From assembly GCA_025454855.1 (NCBI GenBank), contig JALONS010000001.1, forward strand, positions 13,306 through 77,305: a stretch of DNA of 64,000 bases, read 5' to 3'. The notes beneath the pieces were generated by a model. That model did no database searches. It was given only the letters and a program-made list of their open reading frames with translations, and was not told where the DNA came from. This document shows, in pieces, positions 19,068-29,234 of this stretch (positions are counted from its first letter, which is position 1; each line of letters begins with the position of its first letter). Source of the stretch: Arcicella sp. (lineage in GTDB: Bacteria > Bacteroidota > Bacteroidia > Cytophagales > Spirosomataceae). A program made the translations under genes and the position numbers.

Positions 19068-20126
19068 TCAACTCTGCCGTAATGATTTAATAACTACCAG
19101 TGCCATTGCTTCGGGCGAATCAGTGGCGAATAAATGCTGGGTCATTTGCAGGAGGTGGGAATTATAAATATTATCTTTGGGTGTAATACGCTCTAATTTG
19201 TAAGTAGCATTACAGATTATTAAATGGTATTGCTGACTGATTACATCAAAAACGATAATTGGATTTGAGATGCTTTTATCTACTTCAAAACAGAAAATAA
19301 ATACTGGAAAATCAAAAAGGTTTAAGCCTGTAAAGCTGGGTACAATCTCGGCATCAAAATATTCATAGTGTAGGAGTTGATGTTCAAACCAACTTCTTTC
19401 TAAAAGTTTTGAAAGTTCTTGCAATTTCCGATTCATGACCGCCAAAGGGGTTTCGGTAGATTGAAAACACTGAATGGGAGTCCACGTATTGGTGGCTAAT
19501 GCCAAATATTCAAGGGAAGTATCGGAAAGGTCTAATTTATAGTCGAAAAGGGGATAATTAGGAGCAAAATATCCGGGATAAAAGTGTTTCATGTCTTTGC
19601 GTTGGCAAAACTCCATTTTCAATAACATGAGATATTTGCCCAAACTATATTTTTTGTAATCGGGATCATAGAAACATACAATACCTTCTGAAGTTTCCTT
19701 TCCCATATCCAAAATACCACAAGCAATTAATTGTTTATCATCGTAAACCTCAACTGCCCAAGAATCAAATACATTCGAGAAACCATTATCATATAGTAAA
19801 TGACTTAGAGACGGAGCAGTATCAAACGATACATGATTTTTATATTTATTAAACAAAATAAGGTACTCTGGTGAAATATCAGGGGTAGTAGGCTTAATTT
19901 CAACTCTAAACTTTGTGTTCAGTTTTCTGATTTTTTCTTGCGTTTTGGTTGGCTTAAAAGTATCTAAATCTATTCGTAACCAAATAGTACTGTAAAATAA
20001 GCCATTGAATTTTAGGAAATTGGTAGTAAATATGGTTTGCCCCATTCTAAACCAACCGCTTGATAAGTAAGAATCTAATTGTTCGGGAAGAATATTGTGG
20101 GATGGAAAATGTAATTCGGCAAGCAT
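19068..20126 (-). CDS. Arginyl-tRNA-protein transferase (ATE/Bpt)-like GNAT protein
   Basis: LDSYLSSGWFRMG; CFYDPDYKKYSLGK; YPGY...FDYK. Confidence 0.75.
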   Translation of the reverse strand: MLAELHFPSHNILPEQLDSYLSSGWFRMGQTIFTTNFLKFNGLFYSTIWLRIDLDTFKPTKTQEKIRKLNTKFRVEIKPTTPDISPEYLILFNKYKNHVSFDTAPSLSHLLYDNGFSNVFDSWAVEVYDDKQLIACGILDMGKETSEGIVCFYDPDYKKYSLGKYLMLLKMEFCQRKDMKHFYPGYFAPNYPLFDYKLDLSDTSLEYLALATNTWTPIQCFQSTETPLAVMNRKLQELSKLLERSWFEHQLLHYEYFDAEIVPSFTGLNLFDFPVFIFCFEVDKSISNPIIVFDVISQQYHLIICNATYKLERITPKDNIYNSHLLQMTQHLFATDSPEAMALVVIKSLRQS

Positions 20127-20175
20127 TTAATTGTTGGTTCAATTATAAATCTTTGTAGCTGTATATAGAGTAGAG

Positions 20176-20266
20176 GTTTGATACTTGTTTTCGATATATT
20201 GAAACCAAACTAAGTTCAAACATCAGAACAAGCATCAAACATCGAATACCAAATATCTAAGATACT
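20176..20266. repeat. Inverted heptamer cassette (AACATCA type)
   Basis: TTTGATA CTTGTTT TCGATAT ... AACATCA ... AACATCG AATACCA AATATCT. Confidence 0.55.
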
Positions 20267-21503
20267 AATTCACCGCTCTGTAATACATTGTAGAGCAATT
20301 ATTTTTATCTAAAATTTGGTTAGCATATTTGGCAATGTCTTCGGTGCTAACTGCTTGAATCTTAGTGGATTCTTCATTGGCATATTCAACGTTGCCCGCA
20401 TTGGCAGCGAAGGCTAAGTTCATGGCCCTATTCAACAATTCAACTTCTGAAAATATCAAAGTGGATTCTGCTTGGTTCTTCACTTTCACTAATTCCTCTT
20501 CTGTAACTGGGTTTTTTAAGAAATCATCCAAAACTTCTTGAATAGCAGCATCACCTTCTTCGATACTAATACCTTGATTTAGATTCCCTTGAATAACCAT
20601 CAAACCGGGGTCGAGCGAGGCGGTCACATACGCATTTATCGAATTAAAAATCTGATTTTCTTTTACTAATTGATTGAAAAGACGAGAGGATTTGCTACGC
20701 CCTAAAATATCACTCAACAAGTCGGTGGCGTTGAAACCCTCTTCGTATCTTCCTTGTGTGTGATATACCTTGTAGAGAGCATTTAAAGGGACTTTTGCTT
20801 CTATTTCCAAGAATCTGGCATTGGTTTGTACTCCCTCAACGGGTAGATTTCGTTGTACCACATTGCCCGCAGGAATTGGTTCAAACCATTTTTTACAGAG
20901 TTGTTTTACTTGCTCTACGGTAACGTTTCCTGCCACTACCAAATTGGCGTTATTGGGTAAATAATGTTTGTAGAAAAACGCTCGGACATCATCCATCACG
21001 GCATTTTCAATATGAGAAATTTCTTTCCCGATGGTTGCCCATTTGTACGGATGCGTATGATACGCCAGTGGACGAAGTTTCAACCAAACATCACCGTAAG
21101 GCTGATTCAAGTATCTTTGTTTGAACTCTTCAATGACTACTTTTTGTTGTACATCCAATACCTTTTGGTCGAAAGAGAGTGACATCATGCGGTCAGATTC
21201 GAGCCAAAAAGCAGTTTCTAAATTGACCGCTGGCAAGGTTATGTAATAATTTGTAATATCTGGGGAAGTAAAAGCGTTATTTTCTCCGCCAACTTTTTGT
21301 AACGGCGTATCGTAAGAGGGAATATTTATAGAACCACCAAACATCAAATGTTCAAACAAGTGAGCAAAACCTGTTTTGTGTTCTTCTTCGTCTCTCGAAC
21401 CCACATTATAAACAATATTTACCGCCGCAAAAGGCGTAGAATTGTCTTGATGAACATATACATTTAACCCATTATTCAATACAAAGTGTTCGTAATTTAT
21501 CAT
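20265..21503 (-). CDS. M16 family zinc peptidase
   Basis: GFAHLFEHLMFGGS (HxxEH), NAFT, EE..QR. Confidence 0.92.
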   Translation of the reverse strand: MINYEHFVLNNGLNVYVHQDNSTPFAAVNIVYNVGSRDEEEHKTGFAHLFEHLMFGGSINIPSYDTPLQKVGGENNAFTSPDITNYYITLPAVNLETAFWLESDRMMSLSFDQKVLDVQQKVVIEEFKQRYLNQPYGDVWLKLRPLAYHTHPYKWATIGKEISHIENAVMDDVRAFFYKHYLPNNANLVVAGNVTVEQVKQLCKKWFEPIPAGNVVQRNLPVEGVQTNARFLEIEAKVPLNALYKVYHTQGRYEEGFNATDLLSDILGRSKSSRLFNQLVKENQIFNSINAYVTASLDPGLMVIQGNLNQGISIEEGDAAIQEVLDDFLKNPVTEEELVKVKNQAESTLIFSEVELLNRAMNLAFAANAGNVEYANEESTKIQAVSTEDIAKYANQILDKNNCSTMYYRAVN

Positions 21504-21632
21504 TTTCAAATGAATCGCATTGAGCTATGAGCTTTCCGCTTGTTTTAAATTTTATAATACCGTAATTTCCAATTAACAAATATAATCGTCTAAACCTGAT
21601 TCATCGCATCTAAAACGATAAACAATCCCAAT

Positions 21633-22784
21633 ATGAAAGAAAAATATTCATTCTCAAATAGTTTCAAATGCTTTTTTTGTACTTATTGTTTGTTATTGAC
21701 TACTTATTTATGTCCCATTGATGCCCAAGCTCAAATTCTGAATGATGCCGTTACTCGTCAGCAAATTTCGCAAGGATTAGATAAAATGTACTCTTATGAT
21801 TTCAGAGAGTCGGCTGAAATTTTTCAAAAAATCAAAGCTAAATATCCCCAGCACCCCGTTTATTACACTTTGATGGCAATTCAAACCGAATTGCAGTATT
21901 TTCCATTGAAAGATTATCCCGCCCAACAAAAAGTATATTTAGCGTATCTCAACCAAAGTAGAGCTTTGGCAGAAACCATGTTAGATAAAAATGACGATGA
22001 CATCGAAGCTACCTTTTTTGAGTTGGCCACTTTGGGCTATTTAGCTGCTTTTGATGCTGATAATCAAGAGTTTATGAAAGCCGTTGGCGTGGCAAAAAAA
22101 GCATATTCTTACCTTAAAAAAGGATTGTCACTAACCGATAAACAACCAGAGTTTTTGTATTCATCAGGGATTTATAATTATTATCGGATTGAATATCCCG
22201 AAACGCATCCCATGATAAAATCAGTGATTTGGATGTTTGCGGATGGTAATAAAAAATTGGGTTTACAGCAGTTAGACTTAGCTACTAAAAAAACAATTTT
22301 CGTGAAAAACGAAGCTACTTTTTATGCAGGTTACGTTTATACTAAATACGAGTCTAATTCCGCTAAAGCACTGACATACAATAATTTACTAATTGATAAA
22401 TACCCTGATAATTTATTGTACCAAATGCAACGAACTGAATTCTTGACGGCAGTAGGGCGTTATAACGAAGCAGAAGATTTTGCTGAAAAAATACTCAAAC
22501 AAAAGGGAGTTATGTTTCAGTGTGCTGGTACTATTTTCAAAGGATTAATTGCTGAAAAAGGTAAAAAAGATGATAAAATGGCGGAGGCTTTGTTATTAAA
22601 AGGAGTAAAAATGCCTTTTGATGAGCGTTTTACCAAAGATTATCACGCTTTGGCGTACATGGGTTTGGCAAGAATAGCCAAACGGGCTGGTGAAATGGAT
22701 AAAATGAAAGAATACGCCAAGAAAGTCACGAAATTAGCTGAATACAAATCTACTTTAGCAGAGGCAAAGGCAATTTTGAAATAG
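21633..22784 (+). CDS. Exported TPR-like helical hypothetical protein
   Basis: Signal peptide (AQAQ), all-helical repeats. Confidence 0.65.
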   Translation: MKEKYSFSNSFKCFFCTYCLLLTTYLCPIDAQAQILNDAVTRQQISQGLDKMYSYDFRESAEIFQKIKAKYPQHPVYYTLMAIQTELQYFPLKDYPAQQKVYLAYLNQSRALAETMLDKNDDDIEATFFELATLGYLAAFDADNQEFMKAVGVAKKAYSYLKKGLSLTDKQPEFLYSSGIYNYYRIEYPETHPMIKSVIWMFADGNKKLGLQQLDLATKKTIFVKNEATFYAGYVYTKYESNSAKALTYNNLLIDKYPDNLLYQMQRTEFLTAVGRYNEAEDFAEKILKQKGVMFQCAGTIFKGLIAEKGKKDDKMAEALLLKGVKMPFDERFTKDYHALAYMGLARIAKRAGEMDKMKEYAKKVTKLAEYKSTLAEAKAILK

Positions 22785-22788
22785 GTAG

Positions 22789-23122
22789 TTAGAGGATAGA
22801 GAATAGAGATTAGAGAATAGAGTTTAGAGAGGAGAGTTTAGAGAATAGATGTATTGGTTTATAAGGTTGTACTCACTAACCCCACCCAACCCTCCCCAAT
22901 AGGGAGGGCTTTTAAAGTCCCTTTCCCTAACGGGGAAAGAGATTTAGGGCGACCCACGTAGGGATAGGGGTTTTGCATACAACCTTACAAACCAATACAA
23001 ATAGAGGTTAGAGAATAATCGTAAGGTTTATCTTACATGGAGTTATTGATAAATCTTAATAACGTATTTTTTTTGATTAATAACCTCTCTATTCTCTATA
23101 ATTTATCCTCTCTAATCTACCC
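22789..23122. repeat. Nested repeat element: TAGAGAA heptamer cassette containing a 22-bp inverted repeat that encloses a GC-rich double hairpin
   Basis: TAGAGAA-type arrays at 22789-22849 with complements near 23082-23122; IR 22850-22871/22978-22999 with 1 mismatch; CCCTCCC..GGGAGGG and TTTCCC..GGGAAAG hairpins at 22878-22972. Confidence 0.75.
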
Positions 23123-23863
23123 TCTCATTTCTTGTAGTAATTTATTCGCAAAGATAAACTCATTCAATTCAGCAACGGTAGAGGTTCGGATATTGGTGCT
23201 ATCGCCTTCCCAGAGTTTTTTGCCTTTGTAGAGAAACATAATTTTTTCTCCTATTCCAATCACCGAGTTCATATCATGCGTAATCACGATGGTGGTGATG
23301 TTAAATTCGTCGGTGATTTCTTTGATTAAGTCATCAATTTTTACGGAAGTCAGTGGGTCAAGTCCAGAATTGGGTTCATCGCAAAAAAGGTACTTCGGAT
23401 TCATTACGATGGCACGGGCAATACCTACTCGTTTTTTCATACCACCCGATATTTCAGAGGGCATTCTGCCTCCCGCATTTTCTAATTGTACTCGCTGCAA
23501 ACAGAATTCTGCACGGTCGATTTTTTCCTTTTCGGTCATATCCGTGAGCATATCTAAAGGAAACTTTACGTTTTCGAGTACGGTTTTTGAGTCAAATAAT
23601 GCTCCTCCTTGAAACAACACGCCCATTTCTCTACGAATTACTTTTCGAGTTTCTTCGTCAGAATTATGAAAATCTCTTCCATCGTATAAAACTTGACCTT
23701 TTTCGGGCTTCACAATGCCAATCATACACTTCAAGAGTACGCTTTTCCCCGTGCCACTACCCCCAATAATCAAGGAGGTATCCCCCGGTTTAAAAGAACC
23801 ATTGATGCCCACTAATATGTCTCGTCCGTTAAAGGATTTATGGATGTCTTTTATTTCAATCAT
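23117..23863 (-). CDS. ABC transporter ATP-binding protein, MlaF/Mkl-like
   Basis: GGSGTGKS, LFQGGALFDS, ISGGMKKRVGIARA, CDEPNSGLDP. Confidence 0.88.
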   Translation of the reverse strand: MIEIKDIHKSFNGRDILVGINGSFKPGDTSLIIGGSGTGKSVLLKCMIGIVKPEKGQVLYDGRDFHNSDEETRKVIRREMGVLFQGGALFDSKTVLENVKFPLDMLTDMTEKEKIDRAEFCLQRVQLENAGGRMPSEISGGMKKRVGIARAIVMNPKYLFCDEPNSGLDPLTSVKIDDLIKEITDEFNITTIVITHDMNSVIGIGEKIMFLYKGKKLWEGDSTNIRTSTVAELNEFIFANKLLQEMRG

Positions 23864-23870
23864 GTAATTT

Positions 23871-23995
23871 TAGGTATTAGGGGTTGGGGATTAGGGGATA
23901 GGAGATTTGGAAGAAATAGATAATTCAATTTACTATTACTATTTGATATTCAGCCAATTACACTAATCACTAATCATCAGTCACTAACCACTCAA
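23871..23995. repeat. Heptamer cassette (TAGGGGA left arm, ATCACTA right arm)
   Basis: TAGGTAT TAGGGGT TGGGGAT TAGGGGA TAGGAGA ... ACACTAA TCACTAA TCATCAG TCACTAA CCACTCA. Confidence 0.55.
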
Positions 23996-24022
23996 TAAGG
24001 TCTTCTGCAAATTTAAAGAAAC

Positions 24023-25555
24023 TTACAGATTTTCAATGTCATTGAGATAGATTTCTGCTTGCTTCAATATCTCTGCTTTTTGCTCATGGTTCATTTTATT
24101 CCAAGTTACATAAGCCATGCCAATGCGTGGATTTTTGGCAAGTTTATCAGCGTGGCGGTCGTAAAAATCCCAATAAAGGCTATTAAATGGACAGGCTTTA
24201 AAGCCTACCTTCTTAGATTTGTCATAAAAACAAGTAGAGCAGTAATGGCTCATTTTGTCCATATAATTTGCAGAAGCTACGTAGGGCTTCGAGCCTACAA
24301 TGCCACCGTCGGCGTACTGGCTCATACCTCTCGTATTCGTAATTTCAACCCACTGAATAGCATCAATGTAAACACCCAAATACCAGTTATCAACTTCGTC
24401 GGGATGGATACCCGATAACAGCGTAAAATTACCAATTACCATCAGTCGTTGAATGTGATGAGCATACGCAAAATCTAAACTCTGCCCCACAGAATGTTTC
24501 AAACAATTCATTTTTGTTTGTCCATTCCAAAACCACTCAGGGAGTTTTCTATCGTGATTAAAATAGTTAAGATTCTCATAGTCAGGCATTTTTGTCCAGT
24601 AAATCCCTCTCATGTATTCACGCCAACCCAAAATCTGACGAACGAAGCCCTCAATTTGTGAAATACTAATTTTATCTTGATTTGCTTCCCAAAAATTTAC
24701 AGCTTTTTCTATTACTTCTAAAGGAGAAAGTAATTTTACATTCATCGAAAACGATAAACGAGAATGATAAATTGACCAGTAAGAAGGGTGCATAGCATCT
24801 TCATAAGTCCCGAAATTTTCAAGGCAATTCTCTACAAAAAAGTCTAATAATTGTAAAGATTCCTCACGAGTTATCGCCCAAATAAAAGCCTTCGGATTGA
24901 CCTTTCCAATGGTTTTAATTTCTTGATTTTGTACTAATTTATAAATATCAGTAACGTCTCGGTTAAAAATTAGTGGTTCTACTGGACGATGATTATTTGG
25001 TAGTTTTTTCCGATTTTCAGCATCGTAATTCCACTGCCCCGTTAGGGGTTCTGAACCTTCCATCAAAATCCCGTATTTTTTTCGCATCATTCGGTAAAAA
25101 TTTTCCATCAGAAATGTCTTTTTACCCTTAAAAAAGTCTGCAAATTCAGACGGGCTAACCATGAAATGTTCGGTAGAATAAACTGAGGTTTTTACCTCGA
25201 CTGGTGAATAATTGCTCAGTTGTTCACTCAATCGATATTCGTCGGGTTGTTGATGCTCAAAGTGTTCAATATCAAGCTCTTGAATGATTTTACTTAGATT
25301 TTCAGTGAGTGATTGGGTATTGTTTTCATCATCTAATTTCAAATAAATCACTTGATGTCCGCAGGCTTGTAGATGCTCGGCAAAAGCACGCATAGCTGTA
25401 AAAAAAGCAATCACTTTTTGAATGTGGTGATTGACATAATCCGTCTCCTGACGCATTTCCATCATTACATAAAATACGTGAGCGTCGGTTTGTTGATACC
25501 AAGAATGTTGGTGATTGAGTTGGTCGCCGAGAATGAGGCGTAGGGTTCGTTTCAT
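24023..25555 (-). CDS. Cryptochrome/photolyase family protein, FeS-BCP (PhrB/CryB-like) type
   Basis: LILGDQL, HHIQK, WNYDAENRK, YAHHIQRLMV; four Cys (MNCL, YCSTC, ACPF). Confidence 0.9.
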   Translation of the reverse strand: MKRTLRLILGDQLNHQHSWYQQTDAHVFYVMMEMRQETDYVNHHIQKVIAFFTAMRAFAEHLQACGHQVIYLKLDDENNTQSLTENLSKIIQELDIEHFEHQQPDEYRLSEQLSNYSPVEVKTSVYSTEHFMVSPSEFADFFKGKKTFLMENFYRMMRKKYGILMEGSEPLTGQWNYDAENRKKLPNNHRPVEPLIFNRDVTDIYKLVQNQEIKTIGKVNPKAFIWAITREESLQLLDFFVENCLENFGTYEDAMHPSYWSIYHSRLSFSMNVKLLSPLEVIEKAVNFWEANQDKISISQIEGFVRQILGWREYMRGIYWTKMPDYENLNYFNHDRKLPEWFWNGQTKMNCLKHSVGQSLDFAYAHHIQRLMVIGNFTLLSGIHPDEVDNWYLGVYIDAIQWVEITNTRGMSQYADGGIVGSKPYVASANYMDKMSHYCSTCFYDKSKKVGFKACPFNSLYWDFYDRHADKLAKNPRIGMAYVTWNKMNHEQKAEILKQAEIYLNDIENL

Positions 25556-25590
25556 AAAAATAGTACCATTTGATGAGCGGTACTATTTTT
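25556..25590 (-). terminator. Hairpin with T-tract directly before the photolyase start codon
   Basis: AAAAATAGTACC-N11-GGTACTATTTTT. Confidence 0.5.
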
Positions 25591-25620
25591 ATAAACTATC
25601 GGAAAGTTGTTTTGTTGGTT

Positions 25621-25965
25621 TTATTTTGTCGTCAAAGCATCACTTTCAAACTTGATGCCTTCCCAGCCCGATTTCATAAAATTACGGATATTCTGATGAT
25701 TATCGCCTTCTGGATTTTCTAAGACATCAGCTCTGTAAAACGCTCCAAAACACGCCAAAGTCTGTTTCTGACTAAGATTTTGAATTTTTGCAAATGAGAA
25801 TATTTTGCAAGAACCAGAATTTTGTCCTACGGCATTGTGTAAATTACCATTCTGGAAAGCCGTTGGCGTAAAGTCATAATTTGCATCAATAAGAGCAATG
25901 ATTTCAGAGAACTCAATGCTTTCAGGAGTGGTATTAATTTTTTGCTGGAATTGTTCTAATGACAT
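25621..25965 (-). CDS. HopJ-like domain protein
   Basis: YDFTPTAFQNG...GQNSGSCKIFSFA...HQNIRNFMKSGW. Confidence 0.85.
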   Translation of the reverse strand: MSLEQFQQKINTTPESIEFSEIIALIDANYDFTPTAFQNGNLHNAVGQNSGSCKIFSFAKIQNLSQKQTLACFGAFYRADVLENPEGDNHQNIRNFMKSGWEGIKFESDALTTK

Positions 25966-26169
25966 AATAAATGAATTAAATTTTACTTCAAAATTATAGA
26001 TAAAGCACGAGAATCACCAAAAGGATATTTTGAAGCCAAATAATTAGCCATTCCTCACAATTTCTTTGGCTATTCAGATTAAATTAGTCAATTTTATGCT
26101 TCAGCTCGTTTCAGAGGCACTTTGAGTAGGTTTTTCTTAGTAAACGATTACCATAATATCATTCCCGAA

Positions 26170-27252
26170 ATGTCAATATTCTCTCGAATAAAATCCATAT
26201 TTGCCAATAAAAAAGGTATTTTAGAACCTTCAATTGAGGTATTACCCGCTTCAGAAAATAATGCAACAATTACTTCTGACGAGTTGGTAGTTGTAGATAT
26301 TCCTAACGCTCGGTTATCAGTTACGAATGTTTCAGAACCAGATTGGCTCGTGAATGACGATATTCTCAGAGATGAAGGGGTTATTTTTGGTTTATCGGGT
26401 TCAAATCCAGAAGAAAAAATCTCGATTATCAAGCATTATTTTGCGCAACAAACCGCTGAAACCGACCGAGTTATCGAGCAAAAAGAAGAAAAGATAGGCG
26501 AGTTGAATTATTGGATTAACGAAAAAGAAAGTTTAGTTAAGGAATTAGAGCAAAAGATACAAAACCTTAAAAATCAGGAGTTTATTGAGCAACATCATCT
26601 GCCCCGTACCGTTGTGGGTTTGTTGTTGGCTTGTGGCATTGCCGTTGGTAATTATTTCCTGATTGAAGAGTCACTGCGGGGGCAGTTTCAACAAAGTCAG
26701 CTAATAGCATTGGGCGTATTTTGGGCGGGAATGTTTAACTTATTCGGAAGAATTTCTTTCCTCCACGATGACGATAAAACAAGTTCATGGCGGAGAGTTT
26801 TGGAGGAAATAGGAATGCCTTTGGCTTCGGCTTTCTTTGTATTTGCTCAGATTTACGCTACGCAAGCCCCCATTAAATCGTGGGCATTGTTTGGGTTTAT
26901 CTTCTTTTTATTCATGTTTTCTGGGAAATTATTGCTTGGAAATCTAACCGTTTTAAAAGAGGATTTAAGTATTTTTCAGAAACGCAATCAGTTACAAAAA
27001 GACAAAATCAAAAAAGTGGCTGATTGGGAAACAGATATTTCAACACACAAAACCGAAATTGAAAAACACCGCCAAGAAAAGCAAGACGTACTACCCGAAT
27101 TGACCAAGCTAAGCACTCAAAATTCTAAAATCAAAGCTCAAAGAGATATGCTTATCAAGGTTTTTGAAAGTGAATATCATTTAGCCTCACAATATCGTAA
27201 TCGTTTGAGTGCGAAGCAGATGAAAGGGATTTTGGGAGGGGAGGAGGTGTAG
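26170..27252 (+). CDS. Hypothetical membrane protein: coiled coil, ~4 TM helices, coiled coil
   Basis: ATG at 26170; heptad-rich charged segments on both sides of hydrophobic stretches. Confidence 0.75.
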   Translation: MSIFSRIKSIFANKKGILEPSIEVLPASENNATITSDELVVVDIPNARLSVTNVSEPDWLVNDDILRDEGVIFGLSGSNPEEKISIIKHYFAQQTAETDRVIEQKEEKIGELNYWINEKESLVKELEQKIQNLKNQEFIEQHHLPRTVVGLLLACGIAVGNYFLIEESLRGQFQQSQLIALGVFWAGMFNLFGRISFLHDDDKTSSWRRVLEEIGMPLASAFFVFAQIYATQAPIKSWALFGFIFFLFMFSGKLLLGNLTVLKEDLSIFQKRNQLQKDKIKKVADWETDISTHKTEIEKHRQEKQDVLPELTKLSTQNSKIKAQRDMLIKVFESEYHLASQYRNRLSAKQMKGILGGEEV

Positions 27253-27301
27253 GATAATGGCACACGGATTTTATGGATTTGACACGGATAAATACATACT
27301 T

Positions 27302-28528
27302 ATGAATAAAATAAAACATATAATCATAATCATCCTGAGCTTTTCAATATCTACAAAAGCACAAGAAAAATATCTATTCAAAATTGATGAAAAGGATTCG
27401 GAACTAAGGATTGATATTCCTGTACGCAATTATTTTTATATCTCAAAAATCATTGATGAACGAAATGGAGATACTTCTCGAATAGGATTTGTTTACAAAC
27501 GATTTGCCAGTAATCTTAAACAAATGGAAGCAACTTTTCAGAATGGATTAGTGCCTTCTTTCGGTATTTTAATAAAAATGGGAGGAGTATCTGAAAAAAC
27601 TAAGGACATACAAGAACCTTTTGTAATTAGTATAAAGGATTTGGAGATTACAGAGACAATAGGGCAATTTAAAAGCACGGGGCGTGTTGATTTAACGGTT
27701 ACTTTTTTCAAAAAACAAGATGATATTTTTGTGCCTGTGTTTACCACTGAGGTTTTTGAAGAGGCTGGCATGGGAAGCATTAAATCTAATTTGGTAAAAA
27801 TGAAGAAATGTTTAGAGAAATCTTTGATTAAACTTGAAGACTTCTTGACGAACAAGAACCAGCCCGATTTTTATAGTGCTAATGATAAGGAAACACAAGA
27901 TGAAGCTGAGAAATTTGGTTTAAAAGTACAGATTTATGAGAAAAATGATTCAGAAAAAGTTTCCTTGATGGCTCCTCGTAAATATGGTATTTATAAATCA
28001 TTCAACAGCTTTATGAAAAATCAGCCAGAAATCATTGGCAACTTTACGATTGAATATGTAGGATTAAATAAGCCTATTTTAAATATCTATTCTTCTTCTA
28101 AAAAACGATTGAAAGGACATTATTTTTGTTTATATGATGGACAAAATATTTATATGAACTCACAAAAAACAAGTGGATATAAATATTTTGTAAAAGTTTC
28201 AACCATAGGTAACTTAATTGCTTGGAAAGACAACACTATTAAAAGTATGGCTCGACAAGCTACTTATACAGGCATAGGAGCAGGATTGGGTGGAGGATTG
28301 GGAGCCGCTTTAGGTAGTACAATAGCAGGTTCGACAAGTTACTTAGATTGTATTGCATTAGATGTTAGAACAGGCTCTATAACTATTTTAGAACCGAGAG
28401 ACATGGAAAAACTCCTTAGTGAAGATATTCAATTATTAAATGCTTATAAATCAGCTCCCAACCCGAAAGATGGAGAAGTTTTATTATATTACGTAAAAGA
28501 GTATAACAAACAACATCCTTTGGAATAA
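27302..28528 (+). CDS. Exported hypothetical protein with C-terminal glycine-zipper segment
   Basis: Signal peptide MNKIKHIIIIILSFSISTKAQ; GIGAGLGGGLGAALG; AT-rich. Confidence 0.65.
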   Translation: MNKIKHIIIIILSFSISTKAQEKYLFKIDEKDSELRIDIPVRNYFYISKIIDERNGDTSRIGFVYKRFASNLKQMEATFQNGLVPSFGILIKMGGVSEKTKDIQEPFVISIKDLEITETIGQFKSTGRVDLTVTFFKKQDDIFVPVFTTEVFEEAGMGSIKSNLVKMKKCLEKSLIKLEDFLTNKNQPDFYSANDKETQDEAEKFGLKVQIYEKNDSEKVSLMAPRKYGIYKSFNSFMKNQPEIIGNFTIEYVGLNKPILNIYSSSKKRLKGHYFCLYDGQNIYMNSQKTSGYKYFVKVSTIGNLIAWKDNTIKSMARQATYTGIGAGLGGGLGAALGSTIAGSTSYLDCIALDVRTGSITILEPRDMEKLLSEDIQLLNAYKSAPNPKDGEVLLYYVKEYNKQHPLE

Positions 28529-28596
28529 TTGCTTTGAACAGTATTAATGAGTAAACCTCACAGAAACCATTTCCATCATTACTAAACCATAAAAAC

Positions 28597-29226
28597 ATGG
28601 AAGTTTTAGAAAAAATACATCTAACCGACCAGCAAATCGAACAAATCGAGGCTGGATTTGCTGTGACTATTCCTGCCACCGAAGACGAATTTTTAGAGTT
28701 TGCTTTTGAGACACCTTATCGAGTTGAATACCACGACAATTATGTCATAATCATGGGCTTAGCCAAAATCTTTCACGAATTATTAGTTGGTTTTTTTATT
28801 ACTTTATTGACAAATTATTATCGTAACAACAGAACAAATTTTTATGTCGGTGGCAGTAATAGTGGCGTAAAATTAATTGGTTCAAAAAACTATTATAATC
28901 CAGACGTACTGGTTTTCAATGGATTACCTCAATTTTATCAAGATTCAGATTCCATCATTACAAATCCTTATTTGGTTGTGGAAGTGCTTTCTCCATCCAC
29001 TCGCAGTTACGATTTAGACGTAAAACTTAACCAATATCTCAAAATTGAAAGTTTACGATTCTTGGTTTTTGTTGATATTGATGATAAAGTTGTGATGGTT
29101 TATGAAAGAAGTAAAAATGCAAGGTCGTGGATATATACGCATTACGATTCACCCGAAGAAGCTGTAAATATTGATGGTTGCGAATTTATCCTACATGATG
29201 TTTTTGATAGCCTGCCCAAACTTTGA
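28597..29226 (+). CDS. Uma2 family (PD-(D/E)xK) putative endonuclease
   Basis: RVEYHD..IMG, H, YNPDVLV, NPYLVVEVLSPSTRSYD...K. Confidence 0.88.
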   Translation: MEVLEKIHLTDQQIEQIEAGFAVTIPATEDEFLEFAFETPYRVEYHDNYVIIMGLAKIFHELLVGFFITLLTNYYRNNRTNFYVGGSNSGVKLIGSKNYYNPDVLVFNGLPQFYQDSDSIITNPYLVVEVLSPSTRSYDLDVKLNQYLKIESLRFLVFVDIDDKVVMVYERSKNARSWIYTHYDSPEEAVNIDGCEFILHDVFDSLPKL

Positions 29227-29234
29227 CAAACCCA

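Noticed and set aside
25621-25965. Type III secretion effector/virulence locus
   Set aside because: HopJ-like domains are widespread in environmental bacteria and no T3SS genes are present
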